64,000 nt of DNA from Bacteroidota bacterium (lineage in GTDB: Bacteria; Bacteroidota; Ignavibacteria; Kryptoniales; JAKASW01): NCBI GenBank assembly GCA_021845665.1, contig JAJZVO010000021.1, forward strand, positions 1,289 to 65,288. The letters run 5' to 3'. Below are positions 8,399 to 18,728 of the stretch, one piece after another. Position numbers and translations under genes: made by a program. How positions within the stretch are numbered: position 1 is the stretch's first letter; each line of letters begins with the position of its first letter. The notes below the pieces were generated by a model. The model had not been told where the DNA came from. It saw only the letters and a list, made by a program, of their open reading frames with translations, and ran no database searches.

Positions 8399-9724
8399 AT
8401 GCACGCAGAGAAGAATGAGATAATATCTGCCGCGGCTGAAATTGCCAAAGAGAAGGGAATCGACAAAGAGGTCGTTTCGGAAATACTTGAAGAGGTCTTC
8501 GCCGGAATTGTTAAAAAGACCTATGGCGAGGACGCTGAGACCGACATCGTGACAAATGTCGATCGCGGTGAGATTGAGATCTACGTCATCAAGACGATTG
8601 TAGATCAGGTTGAAAACCCCGGAAAGGAAATCAGCCTTGAAGCTGTCAAGCAATTGGAACCGGACGGCGGCTTTGAGGTCGGCGACCAGTACCCGGAAGA
8701 AGTATCGCCTGAAGAGCTTGGAAGGCGTCAGGTAGTATTCGCGCGACAGACCGGGCTCCAGCGCCTCCATGAGTATGAGAAGAATGTAATATACGACGAA
8801 TACAACAAGATGATTGGCGAGATCGTTGTCGGAGAGATATACCAGGTGAAGCGAGACTTCATTTTAGTCAACCATAATAGGCGCGAGCTTTTTCTTCCTC
8901 GGTCGGAGCAGATTTCAAACGAGCACTATCGCAAGAACTCTACGGTCCGTGCCGTCGTGAAAGAGGTTCGCAAGGGGACGTCGGGTCCGCAGGTTATTAT
9001 ATCGAGAGCCGATCCGATGTTTCTGAAGAAGTTGTTCGAAATGGAGATACCCGAGATTTTCGACGGCGTGGTGGAGATAAAGGCTATCGCGCGCGATCCG
9101 GGAAAAAGAGCAAAAGTTGCGGTTCTGTCGACCGATTCAAGAGTCGACGCGGTTGGAGCGTGCGTTGGGATGAAAGGAGTAAGAATTCACTCCATAGTTC
9201 GCGAGCTTAATAACGAAAATATCGATGTGCTCCTGTACTCCGAAGATCGTCAGATGTTTGTCGAACGCGCGCTCACTCCTGCGAAAGTCACGAAAGTTGA
9301 AGTGGACGTTGAAAATCACAAGGCCCAGGTATGGGTCGACAATAACCAGGAGTCGATCGCGATAGGCAAAGAGGGAATAAACGTCAAGCTAGCTTCACGT
9401 CTTACAGGTTTTGATATTGACCTGATGAGAGAAGGTGCCGCCCCTGAAGCAAAAGGCCAGGGCAAGGAGAAGGCCGAAGCGGAGATGTACGACATCGATC
9501 TGTCTGAGTTCAAGGAAGAACTTGGAGAGGCCTTGCTTGCAAAATTCCTTGATGCCGGTTACCTGACCGCCAGAAATGTCCTTGAGGCCACGGAAGAAGA
9601 GATAAAAATGGATGTGGATATTCCCGAGGAAGAAATTCTGAAGATCTATGAGATGATGCGTAAGGAGCTTGAAGAAGAACCCGAAAACGAACCTACCCAA
9701 GATGCTCTCGGGAAGGAAGAATAG
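8399..9724 (+). CDS. nusA: Transcription termination/antitermination factor NusA
   Basis: GGAGG RBS before the ATG. The order is an N-terminal domain, an S1 domain (GEIVVGEIYQVKRDFILV), then two KH domains (GACVGMKGVRI, AIGKEGINVKLA). Conserved rimP-nusA-infB synteny. Confidence 0.95.
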   Translation: MHAEKNEIISAAAEIAKEKGIDKEVVSEILEEVFAGIVKKTYGEDAETDIVTNVDRGEIEIYVIKTIVDQVENPGKEISLEAVKQLEPDGGFEVGDQYPEEVSPEELGRRQVVFARQTGLQRLHEYEKNVIYDEYNKMIGEIVVGEIYQVKRDFILVNHNRRELFLPRSEQISNEHYRKNSTVRAVVKEVRKGTSGPQVIISRADPMFLKKLFEMEIPEIFDGVVEIKAIARDPGKRAKVAVLSTDSRVDAVGACVGMKGVRIHSIVRELNNENIDVLLYSEDRQMFVERALTPAKVTKVEVDVENHKAQVWVDNNQESIAIGKEGINVKLASRLTGFDIDLMREGAAPEAKGQGKEKAEAEMYDIDLSEFKEELGEALLAKFLDAGYLTARNVLEATEEEIKMDVDIPEEEILKIYEMMRKELEEEPENEPTQDALGKEE

Positions 9725-9749
9725 CTGCTAAAGAAAGGCATTTTTCAGC

Positions 9750-12587
9750 ATGGCTGAAACCACCACGAAGAAAAAACTCGTTACTAAAGTTGCCTCGGAA
9801 TTTCAGGTGTCTGCCGACCAGATTGTGGACTTTCTTAAAACGAAAGGACATGATAAGGTAAAGCGGACTTCGTCTGTCGATGAACAGATGTATGCCGAGC
9901 TGGCCGCTCACTTCAAAAAGGAGCTCGACCAGGTAGAAAAGCGGCAGAAGATCAAAGAACAGCTGACGGATAAGCAGGAAGAAAAAGTAGCGGTCAAAAA
10001 ACTCGTGGATACCGTTACGGTCGAGAGACCTCACATCCCGGATGCAAAACAAGAGCCGCAGGTGGCCCCGAATATATTTGAAGTTGAGCCGGTGAATGTT
10101 AATGCAGTTGAGTCGCAGGCCGAAGCTCCTTCGCCAGTCGTTGAGACGCCGCCGACACAGCCGAACACCGAGATAGAAACCTCAGCTGCGGAATCTCCAC
10201 GCCCTGTCATGGAACAGCCTCCGCTGGTCGTTGAAGAAACGAACGGGGAAGTCTCGGTGCCGTCGCCTGCGTCAGTTCAGGAAACACCTGTCGTCGAACA
10301 GTCTAAACGGCCCGAACACCAACTGATTGAAAATGTCATCCAGGCTCCACCGGCTTCGGCACCCGCAAAGGTTGAAGAACCGCAGCCAGTTATTCCGAAG
10401 AAGGAGGAGAAAGGACTCAAGATCCGCGGGCGGATGGATCTTAGAACGGGGCGTCTGATTACCGAAGAAGAAATGCGCATGAGCAAAGAGCTTGAGGAGG
10501 CCGAGAAGAAGACAAAAGAGGCGGAGAAACTTCTCGAATCGGAATCCCAGTCTCAGAAGAAGAAAAAGAAGAAGAAAAAGAAAATCAGAGAGGCAACTGT
10601 CGTGACCGCTCCGGCGCCTGAGACGGAGACCGAAGAGGATATTAAAAAGCGAAAGAAGAAGAAAGGGAAACACCCTGAAGTTGATCAGGCGGAAGTCGAG
10701 CTCGCTTTCCAGCGCACGATGGCAAGCATAGAGGAGACAGGAGAATCGGATCGCGCCGCAATCCGCAGAAAGAAGCGAAAAGAAAAATTCGAGGCCCAGC
10801 AAATAGAGATCGAGAAGAAAGAGATCGAAAAGCGCCAACTAAAACTGTCGGAGTTCGTTTCTGTGGGAGAGTTGGCAAAACTCATGAACGTCGACGTCGC
10901 CGAATTGATCTCTAAATGCATATCCTTTGGATTGATGGTATCGATTAATCAGCGCCTGGATCTGGAAACCATAACGTTGCTGGCAGACGATTTCGGATAT
11001 GAAGTTGAACTCCAGCAGGAGTACAGTGACGATGCGCTCGAAGACAGGCCGGAGGATCCCGCTACATTGAAGCCGAGACCGCCTGTCGTGACGATAATGG
11101 GGCATGTCGATCACGGAAAGACGTCCCTGCTCGATTTCATAAGACAGACGAACGTTGTCGCGGGAGAGGCCGGTGGTATTACTCAGCATATTGGTGCGTA
11201 CCAGGTAAGACTTTCAAACGGGAAACAGATCACTTTTCTGGATACGCCTGGGCACGAAGCGTTCACTGCCATGCGTGCACGCGGTGCACAGGCAACGGAT
11301 ATCGTGATACTTGTCGTCGCAGCGGACGACAACGTTATGCCTCAGACGATCGAGGCAATCAATCACGCGCGCGCGGCGAATGTTCCACTCATCGTGGCTA
11401 TAAACAAAATCGACAGACCTGAGGCCAATCCCGAAAGGATCAAGAAACAGCTGGCGGATCAAGGCGTGCTCCTCGAAGAATGGGGAGGTAAAACTCAGTC
11501 GGTCGAGATCTCTGCGAAAAAGGGTACTAATGTCGAGATCCTCCTTGAGAAAGTTCTCTTGGAAGCCGAGCTGCTGAATCTGCAGGCAAATCCAGACAGG
11601 CTTGCGAGAGGAGTAGTTATCGAATCGACACTGGACAGGGGACGAGGCGCTGTAGCGACCGTCCTGGTTCAGAAGGGGACATTGAAGGTCGGCGATGCGT
11701 ATGTGGCGGGCACCAGCAACGGAAAGGTCCGTGCTATGACGGACGAACGCGACAACAGGATGGAATCCGCGGGGCCGGCGATGCCGGTCCAGGTGGTCGG
11801 ATTCGACGAACTGCCGCTCGCTGGAGATGTGCTTGTCGCCGTTCCTACTGAGAAGATATCCCGAGACATTAGCAATCGAAGGAAGGTTATCAAACGCGAA
11901 CAGACGATGCGAGGCTCTCAGCACCATGTAACGCTTGAAGAGCTATCGAAGGAAATCAAAGAGGGAATGGTTAAGCAGCTTAGCATTGTCGTCAAAGGAG
12001 ACGTCGACGGTTCGGTCGAGGCTTTGAGCGATGCGTTGGCAAAGCTCTCCAACGAGGAAGTTAGAGTCCAGGTTATTCATAAGGCCGTCGGTGCAATTTC
12101 GGAATCTGACGTGCTCCTTGCTGCCGCCTCGAACGCTATCATCCTGGGATTTCATGTCCGGCCGAGCTCCGCAGCCAGAAAGCTCGCCGAAGCTGAATCG
12201 GTCGATATAAGGCTTTACAGTATTATCTACGATGCTATTGAGAATGTGCGCAAGGGTCTTGAGGGCCTCCTCAGTCCGGAAATCCGCGAAGATGTGGTTG
12301 GATCACTCGAAGTGCGGCAAACATTCAAGGTCCCGAAATTCGGAACTGTCGCCGGATGCTATGTCGTGGACGGCAAGATAACCAGGAATAACCGCGTCAG
12401 GCTCATTCGCGACGGCATAGTCGTTTTTGAAGGTAGCATTGCTTCCTTGCGGCGGTTCAAAGATGATGTTAGGGAAGTCGAAGAAGGTTATGAGTGCGGC
12501 GTCAGCCTAGAAAATTACAACGACATCAAGGTCGGCGATACTATAGAAGCCTTCGTCATAGTGGAGACCCAGCGCACTCTTGCGTGA
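9750..12587 (+). CDS. infB: Translation initiation factor IF-2
   Basis: 945 aa with a low-complexity Lys/Glu/Pro-rich N-terminal region. GTPase motifs are [20 protein letters not shown] and NKID. Confidence 0.97.
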   Translation: MAETTTKKKLVTKVASEFQVSADQIVDFLKTKGHDKVKRTSSVDEQMYAELAAHFKKELDQVEKRQKIKEQLTDKQEEKVAVKKLVDTVTVERPHIPDAKQEPQVAPNIFEVEPVNVNAVESQAEAPSPVVETPPTQPNTEIETSAAESPRPVMEQPPLVVEETNGEVSVPSPASVQETPVVEQSKRPEHQLIENVIQAPPASAPAKVEEPQPVIPKKEEKGLKIRGRMDLRTGRLITEEEMRMSKELEEAEKKTKEAEKLLESESQSQKKKKKKKKKIREATVVTAPAPETETEEDIKKRKKKKGKHPEVDQAEVELAFQRTMASIEETGESDRAAIRRKKRKEKFEAQQIEIEKKEIEKRQLKLSEFVSVGELAKLMNVDVAELISKCISFGLMVSINQRLDLETITLLADDFGYEVELQQEYSDDALEDRPEDPATLKPRPPVVTIMGHVDHGKTSLLDFIRQTNVVAGEAGGITQHIGAYQVRLSNGKQITFLDTPGHEAFTAMRARGAQATDIVILVVAADDNVMPQTIEAINHARAANVPLIVAINKIDRPEANPERIKKQLADQGVLLEEWGGKTQSVEISAKKGTNVEILLEKVLLEAELLNLQANPDRLARGVVIESTLDRGRGAVATVLVQKGTLKVGDAYVAGTSNGKVRAMTDERDNRMESAGPAMPVQVVGFDELPLAGDVLVAVPTEKISRDISNRRKVIKREQTMRGSQHHVTLEELSKEIKEGMVKQLSIVVKGDVDGSVEALSDALAKLSNEEVRVQVIHKAVGAISESDVLLAAASNAIILGFHVRPSSAARKLAEAESVDIRLYSIIYDAIENVRKGLEGLLSPEIREDVVGSLEVRQTFKVPKFGTVAGCYVVDGKITRNNRVRLIRDGIVVFEGSIASLRRFKDDVREVEEGYECGVSLENYNDIKVGDTIEAFVIVETQRTLA

Positions 12588-12640
12588 TCTCTCAATTACC
12601 GATTGCCCGATGGACCGAGCCGAAATTAAGGATTCAAGAA

Positions 12641-13021
12641 ATGTCAGTGAGAACTGAGAAAGTCGGTAACTTGATAAAAGAAGAAGTCGGTCAGCTCATC
12701 GAGCGAGACTACCGTACTGCCGAGATGGGTTTCATGACGGTGACGAAAGTCTCGATGTCCCCCGACCTGCGGCTCGCGAGAATCTATATCAGCATCCTGG
12801 GTGATCCGAAGGTCAAAGAGAGGACTCTCTTCCTTTTAAACGAAGCCAAGAAAGACATCCGGCAGTTTATCGGCGCGAAAGTTAGGCTGAAGTTTACTCC
12901 TGAGATCGCATTCTTTAACGACGATACAATGGATTATGTTGCGAGCATCGAAGAGCTTCTCAGAAAGACTCATGAAGTCGATGGCGGCAAACCAGAGGCG
13001 AAGGACGATGACGGCGAATAA
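12641..13021 (+). CDS. rbfA: Ribosome-binding factor A
   Basis: I place the start at ATG 12641 (MSVRTEKVGNLIKEEV...). The listed start at 12494 would overlap infB. The RbfA-type KH fold signature and the position after infB support the call. Confidence 0.9.
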   Translation: MSVRTEKVGNLIKEEVGQLIERDYRTAEMGFMTVTKVSMSPDLRLARIYISILGDPKVKERTLFLLNEAKKDIRQFIGAKVRLKFTPEIAFFNDDTMDYVASIEELLRKTHEVDGGKPEAKDDDGE

Positions 13022-13670
13022 CGACAACATTCTGGCATTTTACAAGCCGAAAGGAATGACTTCGTTCGAAGTCGTCAGGAGAGTCAGGTGTGAGATGGGA
13101 CTCAAGAAAGTCGGGCACGCTGGGACTCTGGATCCGCTTGCGGAAGGACTCCTCATAATTCTGACCGGCAGTAAAACCAAGATGATGGAGCGCTTCCTCA
13201 AAATGGAGAAAGAATACCTGGCAACGCTCAGGCTCGGAGTCACCTCCAGGAGTCACGACCTTGAAACCGAGATAGTTGAGCGGACCTCCGAGACTTCCTT
13301 TTCGGAAGAGGAGCTGTCACGGGTCATCGGAAAGTTCACCGGAAAGATCGAGCAGGTCCCGCCTGACTTTTCCGCTGCGTGGGTTGACGGAAAACGAGCC
13401 TATCATCTCGCGAGAAAAGGCGTGGAATTCGAACTTAAGCCGAAGTCGGTGGTGATTAGTGAAATTACAGTCGAGTCGTATGCCCCTCCGATTCTAAAGA
13501 TCCGCGTGGTGTGTTCGAGCGGCACGTATATCAGGAGTCTTGCCCGTGATATCGGTGAAGAGCTAGCGTGCGGAGCAGTTCTCGAAGGACTTGTCCGGAC
13601 GCGGATCGGCGAATACCGGGCTGAAGACGCGTTGAGATTGGAAGATATGAGTGTGAGCTGCGCGGCATGA
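13008..13670 (+). CDS. truB: tRNA pseudouridine(55) synthase TruB
   Basis: GILAFYKPKGMTSFEVV-type N-terminus and the catalytic block GHAGTLDPLAEGLL. Start chosen at ATG 13008, with a 14-nt overlap with rbfA; ATG 12981 is an alternative. Confidence 0.9.
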   Translation: MTANNDNILAFYKPKGMTSFEVVRRVRCEMGLKKVGHAGTLDPLAEGLLIILTGSKTKMMERFLKMEKEYLATLRLGVTSRSHDLETEIVERTSETSFSEEELSRVIGKFTGKIEQVPPDFSAAWVDGKRAYHLARKGVEFELKPKSVVISEITVESYAPPILKIRVVCSSGTYIRSLARDIGEELACGAVLEGLVRTRIGEYRAEDALRLEDMSVSCAA

Positions 13671-14608
13671 TCCGATATTCCCTGGACGATATTACTTACG
13701 ATCCGAAATCCATCGTAACCGTCGGCACCTTCGACGGTCTCCATGTTGCTCACCGGAGGATACTCGATACGCTTCAGGAGAAGGCCGGGGCGATCGCGAG
13801 CAGGAGCGTCGTGATAACCTTCAAGCCGCATCCTCAGGAGATTATCGGTAAGAAAAAAATCGAGCTGCTCATGACCGAGGAAGACCGGGTGCGGATGATA
13901 AGTGATGCAGGGATCGACGAGATCTGCGTCATTAAGTTCGACCGCGACTTTTCGCTTGTCACAGCCGAGGATTTTCTCGTGAAGCTCGTTTACGGAAAGA
14001 TCGGCGTGCACGAACTGGTCCTCGGATACAACCACACTTTCGGGCGCGGTGCGCAGGGGACAGTCGAGTTTGCTCGAAAGGTTGGAGAGAAGCTCGGCTT
14101 TGCCGTCGATTATGTCGAGGCCGTGCGGATGGAGGCCGAAATCGTTTCAAGCAGCACGATAAGACGGCTTCTTCACACGGGTAACCTTGCGCTGGCGAAC
14201 GGCATGCTCGGTAGGCCGTACTCGTTTGAAGGATATGTTATTCGTGGTGACGCGCGTGGAAGGGATCTCGGCTTTCCGACGGCTAATCTCAAACTGGCGG
14301 ATGAACGGCTGTTGATCCCTTCGTTCGGCGTTTATGTGGTTGAGGCGATCGTCCAGGGAGAAAAGTTCGCTGGGCTGGCGAGCATCGGTGTAAGACCAAC
14401 TTTCGAGGATGGCGGAACGCCGATGGTGGAGGTCTGGTTGAGCGACTTTGACAGGGACATCTACGGAAAGCGGATGAGAGTGAGTCTCATACACAGATTG
14501 CGGGACGAGATGAAATTTGATTCCGCCGAGCAGCTTATCTTGCAGATGGAGCAGGACAAGCGTGTCATGAGCGAGTTTTTGGTAAAAACAGTAAACAAAC
14601 AAAGATAG
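13667..14608 (+). CDS. ribF: Bifunctional riboflavin kinase / FMN adenylyltransferase
   Basis: ATGA overlap with tru[18 protein letters not shown] marks the adenylyltransferase domain, and GFPTANL with the following C-terminal region marks the riboflavin kinase domain. Confidence 0.93.
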   Translation: MIRYSLDDITYDPKSIVTVGTFDGLHVAHRRILDTLQEKAGAIASRSVVITFKPHPQEIIGKKKIELLMTEEDRVRMISDAGIDEICVIKFDRDFSLVTAEDFLVKLVYGKIGVHELVLGYNHTFGRGAQGTVEFARKVGEKLGFAVDYVEAVRMEAEIVSSSTIRRLLHTGNLALANGMLGRPYSFEGYVIRGDARGRDLGFPTANLKLADERLLIPSFGVYVVEAIVQGEKFAGLASIGVRPTFEDGGTPMVEVWLSDFDRDIYGKRMRVSLIHRLRDEMKFDSAEQLILQMEQDKRVMSEFLVKTVNKQR

Positions 14609-14619
14609 GAGTTTTTGGA

Positions 14620-14889
14620 ATGCCTCTGACTAAAGAGCAGAAACAAGAAATCATTAGGAAGTACGGCAAATCCGGCAGTGACTCGGGCAGCACGGAAGTG
14701 CAGGTCGCCATACTGACAGAGAGAATAAACGAACTTGCTTCCCACTTTGAAACTCACAAAGGGGATCACCACTCACGGAGCGGGCTACTTAAGATGGTCG
14801 GGAAACGCCGCCGGCTTCTAGAATACCTGCAGTCTGAAGACATCGAGCGATATCGCAAAATCGTAGAGGAACTCCATCTCAGAAAGTAA
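14620..14889 (+). CDS. rpsO: 30S ribosomal protein S15
   Basis: 89 aa: [43 protein letters not shown]...[22 protein letters not shown]. Confidence 0.97.
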   Translation: MPLTKEQKQEIIRKYGKSGSDSGSTEVQVAILTERINELASHFETHKGDHHSRSGLLKMVGKRRRLLEYLQSEDIERYRKIVEELHLRK

Positions 14890-14907
14890 AACAAGAAGGA
14901 TACATAA

Positions 14908-17073
14908 ATGGAAGGTTTCATAACCAAAGAAATAGACATAGGCGGCAGAAAATTATCACTGGAGACTGGTAAACTTGCTAAGCAGGCCAGTGGTGCAGTG
15001 ATGGTCCGTTATGCCGATACGCTCGTCCTTGCAACGGTCGTGGCTGCTGAAGAAAAGAAGGAAGGGATTGATTTTCTTCCACTATCAGTCGAATACCGTG
15101 AAAGGACATCCGCCGCTGGTAAGATCCCGGGCGGATTCATAAAAAGGGAAGGCCGACCCAACGAGAAGGAGATCCTTTCCGCCCGCCTTATCGACAGGCC
15201 GATTCGCCCGCTCATCCCGAAGAAATGGAGCTATGAGACTCAGATTGTCACGACGGTCTTTTCTTTCGACGGAGAGAACGACCCGGATGTACTCGGGGCC
15301 ATCGGAGCATCGGCCGCACTGGCTGTCTCCGACATACCGTTCGACGGACCAATCGCGGAGGTTAGGGTCGGGAGAATTGAAGGCCAGTATATCCTCAATC
15401 CGCTGGTCTCCCGACTTCAAAACAGCGACATGGACCTGACAGTTGCCGGCACAGAAGATTCGATCGTGATGGTCGAGGGCGAATCCCACGAAGCATCGGA
15501 ATCGGAACTGCTCGGCGCACTCGAGTTCGCTCACAAGTACATCAGGGAGATCGTGGCGCTCCAGAAGGAATTCGCCGCTCTGGTCAACAAGCCGAAGAGA
15601 GAGGTACCGGAGGACGCCGTTGACGCGGCGCTGGTTTCCGAGATTAAGTCGCTCGCTTTCGACAGGATTCACGAGTTGAACAGGATGGTCGTGAAGAAGG
15701 CCGAGCGGAGCGAGAAGACTAAGAAGATAAAGGAAGACGTGTTGGCGGCGCTCGCGGAAAAATATCCGGAGCAGGAAGGGAAGATTGCAGAGATCCTTCA
15801 CGACATCGACCGCGACGACATGCGCCAGATGATTTTGAAGGAGGGTCGCAGGCTTGACGGACGGGGCTACAAAGATGTCCGGCCCATCACCTGCGAAGTG
15901 GGCATTCTTCCGAGGACACATGGCTCGTCGCTCTTCACACGCGGCGAGACACAGAGTCTCACGTCGGTCACACTCGGCACCAAGCTTGACGAGCAGATGA
16001 TCGACGGATTGCTGCCGGAATCTACAAAGAGGTTCATGCTTCATTACAATTTTCCCGGCTACAGCGTCGGTGAGGTATCGAGAATCGGAAGCCCGGGTCG
16101 GAGGGAGATCGGACACGGAAACCTTGCAGAGAGGGCATTGAAGAATCTTGTCCCCGGCGAAAAAGAATTCCCGTACACTGTCAGGATCGTCTCGGATATT
16201 CTCGAATCAAACGGCTCCTCATCTATGGCGACGGTCTGTGCAGGATCACTCGCTCTCATGGATGCCGGTGTACCTCTCGCGAAGCCCGTGGCCGGAATAG
16301 CTATGGGACTCATCAAGGAAGATGATGAAGTCTCTGTTATCACCGATATACTCGGCAACGAGGATCATCTCGGAGATATGGACTTCAAAGTCGCAGGAAC
16401 GAGGGACGGCATAACGGCTTTCCAGATGGATATCAAGATACGCGGTATTTCATTCGAGATTTTGGAACGCGCTCTTGCTCAGGCAAAGGAAGGACGACAT
16501 CATATCCTCGGAATCATGGAAGGGACGATCGCCGAACCGCGAAAGGAGCTTTCGCAATTCGCTCCAAGAATGACGTCGATGAAGATACCTGTCGATATGA
16601 TCGGAGCCGTTATCGGACCCGGCGGCAAGGTGATAAAAAACATCGTCCAGCAGACGGGAGCTGAAGTTAACATCGAGGATGACGGCTCCGTCGTCATCGC
16701 TGCGGTTTCCGCTGAATCCAGCGACAAGGCGCGCGAAATGATAGAACGCCTGGTCGAGCTTCCGGAAGTCGGAAAGGTATACAAGGGCACAGTGAAGCGA
16801 CTTATGGACTTCGGTGCTTTCGTCGAGTTTCTCCCCGGTAAAGAAGGGCTCCTCCACATTTCTCAGATCGACCACAGGCGAGTCAACAAGGTTGAGGATG
16901 TATTCAAACTTGGCGACGAGGTGGAAGTAAAGCTGATGGAGATTGACGATATGGGACGATACAACCTGAGCAGAAAGGTCCTGATTGAGAATCCGAACCC
17001 CGATGCGCTGAATGAAGAACATCATTCCGATCATCGTCCCTCCGACAGACAAAGAAGAGGCCCGCGCCGTTAA
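14908..17073 (+). CDS. pnp: Polyribonucleotide nucleotidyltransferase (PNPase)
   Basis: 721 aa with two RNase PH domains, a KH domain (IGAVIGPGGKVIKNI) and an S1 domain (GKVYKGTVKRLMDFGAFVEF). Conserved rpsO-pnp synteny. Confidence 0.97.
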   Translation: MEGFITKEIDIGGRKLSLETGKLAKQASGAVMVRYADTLVLATVVAAEEKKEGIDFLPLSVEYRERTSAAGKIPGGFIKREGRPNEKEILSARLIDRPIRPLIPKKWSYETQIVTTVFSFDGENDPDVLGAIGASAALAVSDIPFDGPIAEVRVGRIEGQYILNPLVSRLQNSDMDLTVAGTEDSIVMVEGESHEASESELLGALEFAHKYIREIVALQKEFAALVNKPKREVPEDAVDAALVSEIKSLAFDRIHELNRMVVKKAERSEKTKKIKEDVLAALAEKYPEQEGKIAEILHDIDRDDMRQMILKEGRRLDGRGYKDVRPITCEVGILPRTHGSSLFTRGETQSLTSVTLGTKLDEQMIDGLLPESTKRFMLHYNFPGYSVGEVSRIGSPGRREIGHGNLAERALKNLVPGEKEFPYTVRIVSDILESNGSSSMATVCAGSLALMDAGVPLAKPVAGIAMGLIKEDDEVSVITDILGNEDHLGDMDFKVAGTRDGITAFQMDIKIRGISFEILERALAQAKEGRHHILGIMEGTIAEPRKELSQFAPRMTSMKIPVDMIGAVIGPGGKVIKNIVQQTGAEVNIEDDGSVVIAAVSAESSDKAREMIERLVELPEVGKVYKGTVKRLMDFGAFVEFLPGKEGLLHISQIDHRRVNKVEDVFKLGDEVEVKLMEIDDMGRYNLSRKVLIENPNPDALNEEHHSDHRPSDRQRRGPRR

Positions 17074-17113
17074 AGCCTGGCGATGAAGTGAATGGGAAAC
17101 TACAGCATTTGCC

Positions 17114-17196
17114 GCCACGGATTTCATGGGTTATGAATTTTTTCAAAAGTCTTCCTGGTAAAATTCACTCGAAGATAAATCTGTGTAATCCGTGGC
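17114..17196. other. Long nested inverted repeat between pnp and tRNA-Leu
   Basis: GCCACGGATT (17114-17123) is perfectly complementary to AATCCGTGGC (17187-17196). Nested inside, TGAATTTT (17134-17141) is complementary to AAAATTCA (17160-17167). All pairs are Watson-Crick, so the strand is not determined. Confidence 0.6.
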
Positions 17197-17277
17197 CTTC
17201 CACGTTTGCGGCAAGGATGAATCCTTGAAAACGGTGTTGTTTTTTCAATTCACGTTTCCTAATTTTTTGCCTAGCCA

Positions 17278-17362
17278 GCCGAAGTGGTGGAACTTGGTAG
17301 ACACACTGTCTTGAGGGGGCAGGGCCCGAAAGGGCGTGCGGGTTCGAGTCCCGCCTTCGGCA
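17278..17362 (+). tRNA. tRNA-Leu, anticodon GAG, type II (long variable arm); CCA not encoded
   Basis: Hand-folded cloverleaf. Acceptor stem GCCGAAG/CTTCGGC. Anticodon stem CTGTC/GGCAG with loop TTGAGGG (U33, GAG, G37). Variable arm GCCC-GAAA-GGGC. T arm GCGGG-TTCGAGT-CCCGC. Discriminator A. Confidence 0.95.
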
Positions 17363-17387
17363 CTGTACAAGATCGGAAGTTAGATTG

Positions 17388-17422
17388 AAACGCCAGCATG
17401 ATCCGCTGGCGTTTCTGTTTTT
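17388..17422 (+). terminator. Rho-independent terminator after tRNA-Leu
   Basis: AAACGCCAGC (17388-17397), loop ATGATCC, GCTGGCGTTT (17405-17414), then CTGTTTTT. Confidence 0.8.
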
Positions 17423-17527
17423 CAGTTTGAGACCCCACCTCCATGAGTTGCCGCCGTGACCTGGATCATTTGACAAGTTTCCTTTGGGTGTGCACATTTA
17501 ACCGAACGTTGAGCTAAAGGAGAACCA

Positions 17528-18091
17528 ATGGGTACGGGACAGATGCTGCTTACGATTGGCGCAATGATGTTGCTGGGGACCATAATACTCACCACGAATC
17601 GTGGCATAGAAGACAGCACTCAAGTATTGCTCAATACCGGCTATGGAATCGATGCTGTGTCGCTTGCCACTTCCACTATCGAAAGAGCGAATGGACTGGC
17701 TTTTGATCAAAACACCAAAGATGATTCGACCGGGAAATTGATCTCGCTAAGTCAGTTGACTCCGCCTGCAAGTCTTGGGCAGGAGAACGGAGATTCCACG
17801 GACTTTGATGACTTTGATGATTTCAACGGCTTGCCCGGAGGACCGAACAGCTTCTATAACCAACTGGATACGCTTCGACTTCCGACCGACACAACAAAAA
17901 TTATTGGGATCTATGACATTAAGACTGAGGTCCATTACGTCTATCGGGATCCATCATCAGGTGACTTTGTGGAAGAGACATCTTCTGCGGATACGGCAAC
18001 CTGGAGCAAGGAACTTGATGTATGGGTTTGGAGCGTTACCACGCCGGACGATAGTGTTCATATGAGAGATATTTTTAGTTACTGGTATTAA
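17528..18091 (+). CDS. Pilin-like (PilV-position) protein with a single N-terminal hydrophobic helix and no canonical prepilin leader
   Basis: AAGGAG RBS 5 nt before the ATG and an in-frame TGA 7 codons upstream, so the start is firm. The N-terminus is MGTGQMLLTIGAMMLLGTIILTTNRG. First gene of a three-gene cluster with 10-12-nt spacers. Confidence 0.65.
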   Translation: MGTGQMLLTIGAMMLLGTIILTTNRGIEDSTQVLLNTGYGIDAVSLATSTIERANGLAFDQNTKDDSTGKLISLSQLTPPASLGQENGDSTDFDDFDDFNGLPGGPNSFYNQLDTLRLPTDTTKIIGIYDIKTEVHYVYRDPSSGDFVEETSSADTATWSKELDVWVWSVTTPDDSVHMRDIFSYWY

Positions 18092-18103
18092 TCGAGGTAA
18101 GCT

Positions 18104-18718
18104 ATGGGCACCACAACGATGCTCGACATACTTGGGTCAATGATAATTGGTGGCCTACTGCTGATTACTGCGCTGCAAATGAACGATACTGCAACGAACA
18201 ATAACTTCGTGACCCAGGAGGACCTGACAGTTCAACAGAATCTGACTTCATTGGTCGAGAACATTGAATACGATTTCAGAAAGATCGGTTATATCAAAGG
18301 CGGCTATCCTCCGCCGACTGACAAGTGCATCATATTCGGCGATAGCGACAGCATAGCGTTCCTGAGCGACATCGATAACGATGGAGAGCTCGACACTGTA
18401 ATATGGTACAAGGAGAATGGACCGATTGCAGGTTGTCCGAATCAGAACGCGAGAATGCTTGTTAGAGAAACGGTGACACCTGAAGGGGTGAGTGTTGATA
18501 GCGCAAACCTTGGTGTTACGGAATTCTCAATCCGATATTATGATGCCTTCGGTACTCAGATATGGCCTGAATATAAGCAAGGGAGTCCTGATCCACCTAA
18601 CCTGATGAAGCTCAACCTGATGGTGGAACCCACATCAGCTTATGACACATCATATTCAACTAATTTCGCGTTCTGGACACAGACGAGACTAGTATCAAAG
18701 AATTTGACGGCAAGATAA
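18104..18718 (+). CDS. PilW-like minor-pilin-like protein (non-canonical N-terminus)
   Basis: GAGGT RBS. The N-terminus MGTTTMLDILGSMIIGGLLLITAL is paralogous to the previous gene. The following block QEDLTVQQNLTSLVENIEYDFRKIGY resembles the PilW signature (.....dlr.AGy), from memory. Confidence 0.65.
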   Translation: MGTTTMLDILGSMIIGGLLLITALQMNDTATNNNFVTQEDLTVQQNLTSLVENIEYDFRKIGYIKGGYPPPTDKCIIFGDSDSIAFLSDIDNDGELDTVIWYKENGPIAGCPNQNARMLVRETVTPEGVSVDSANLGVTEFSIRYYDAFGTQIWPEYKQGSPDPPNLMKLNLMVEPTSAYDTSYSTNFAFWTQTRLVSKNLTAR

Positions 18719-18728
18719 GAGGTGTAAA

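Noticed and set aside
10545-10690. AAG/AAA-rich tract encoding KKKKKKKK and [10 protein letters not shown] considered a slippery, frameshift-prone or tandem-repeat element.
   Set aside because: It lies inside the low-complexity N-terminal region of IF-2, which is commonly Lys/Glu-rich. The frame stays open through it, and the downstream GTPase domain is in the same frame.
12494-12640. The listed long N-terminal extensions of rbfA (start 12494) and truB (start 12936). Similar extensions are listed for the GHMP kinase (1235), dnaG (35884), the ferredoxin (33895), a GNAT (51535) and DUF2064 (36044).
   Set aside because: The extensions overlap the preceding genes or lack family similarity. Internal starts give canonical N-termini and, in several cases, an SD-like RBS at proper spacing.
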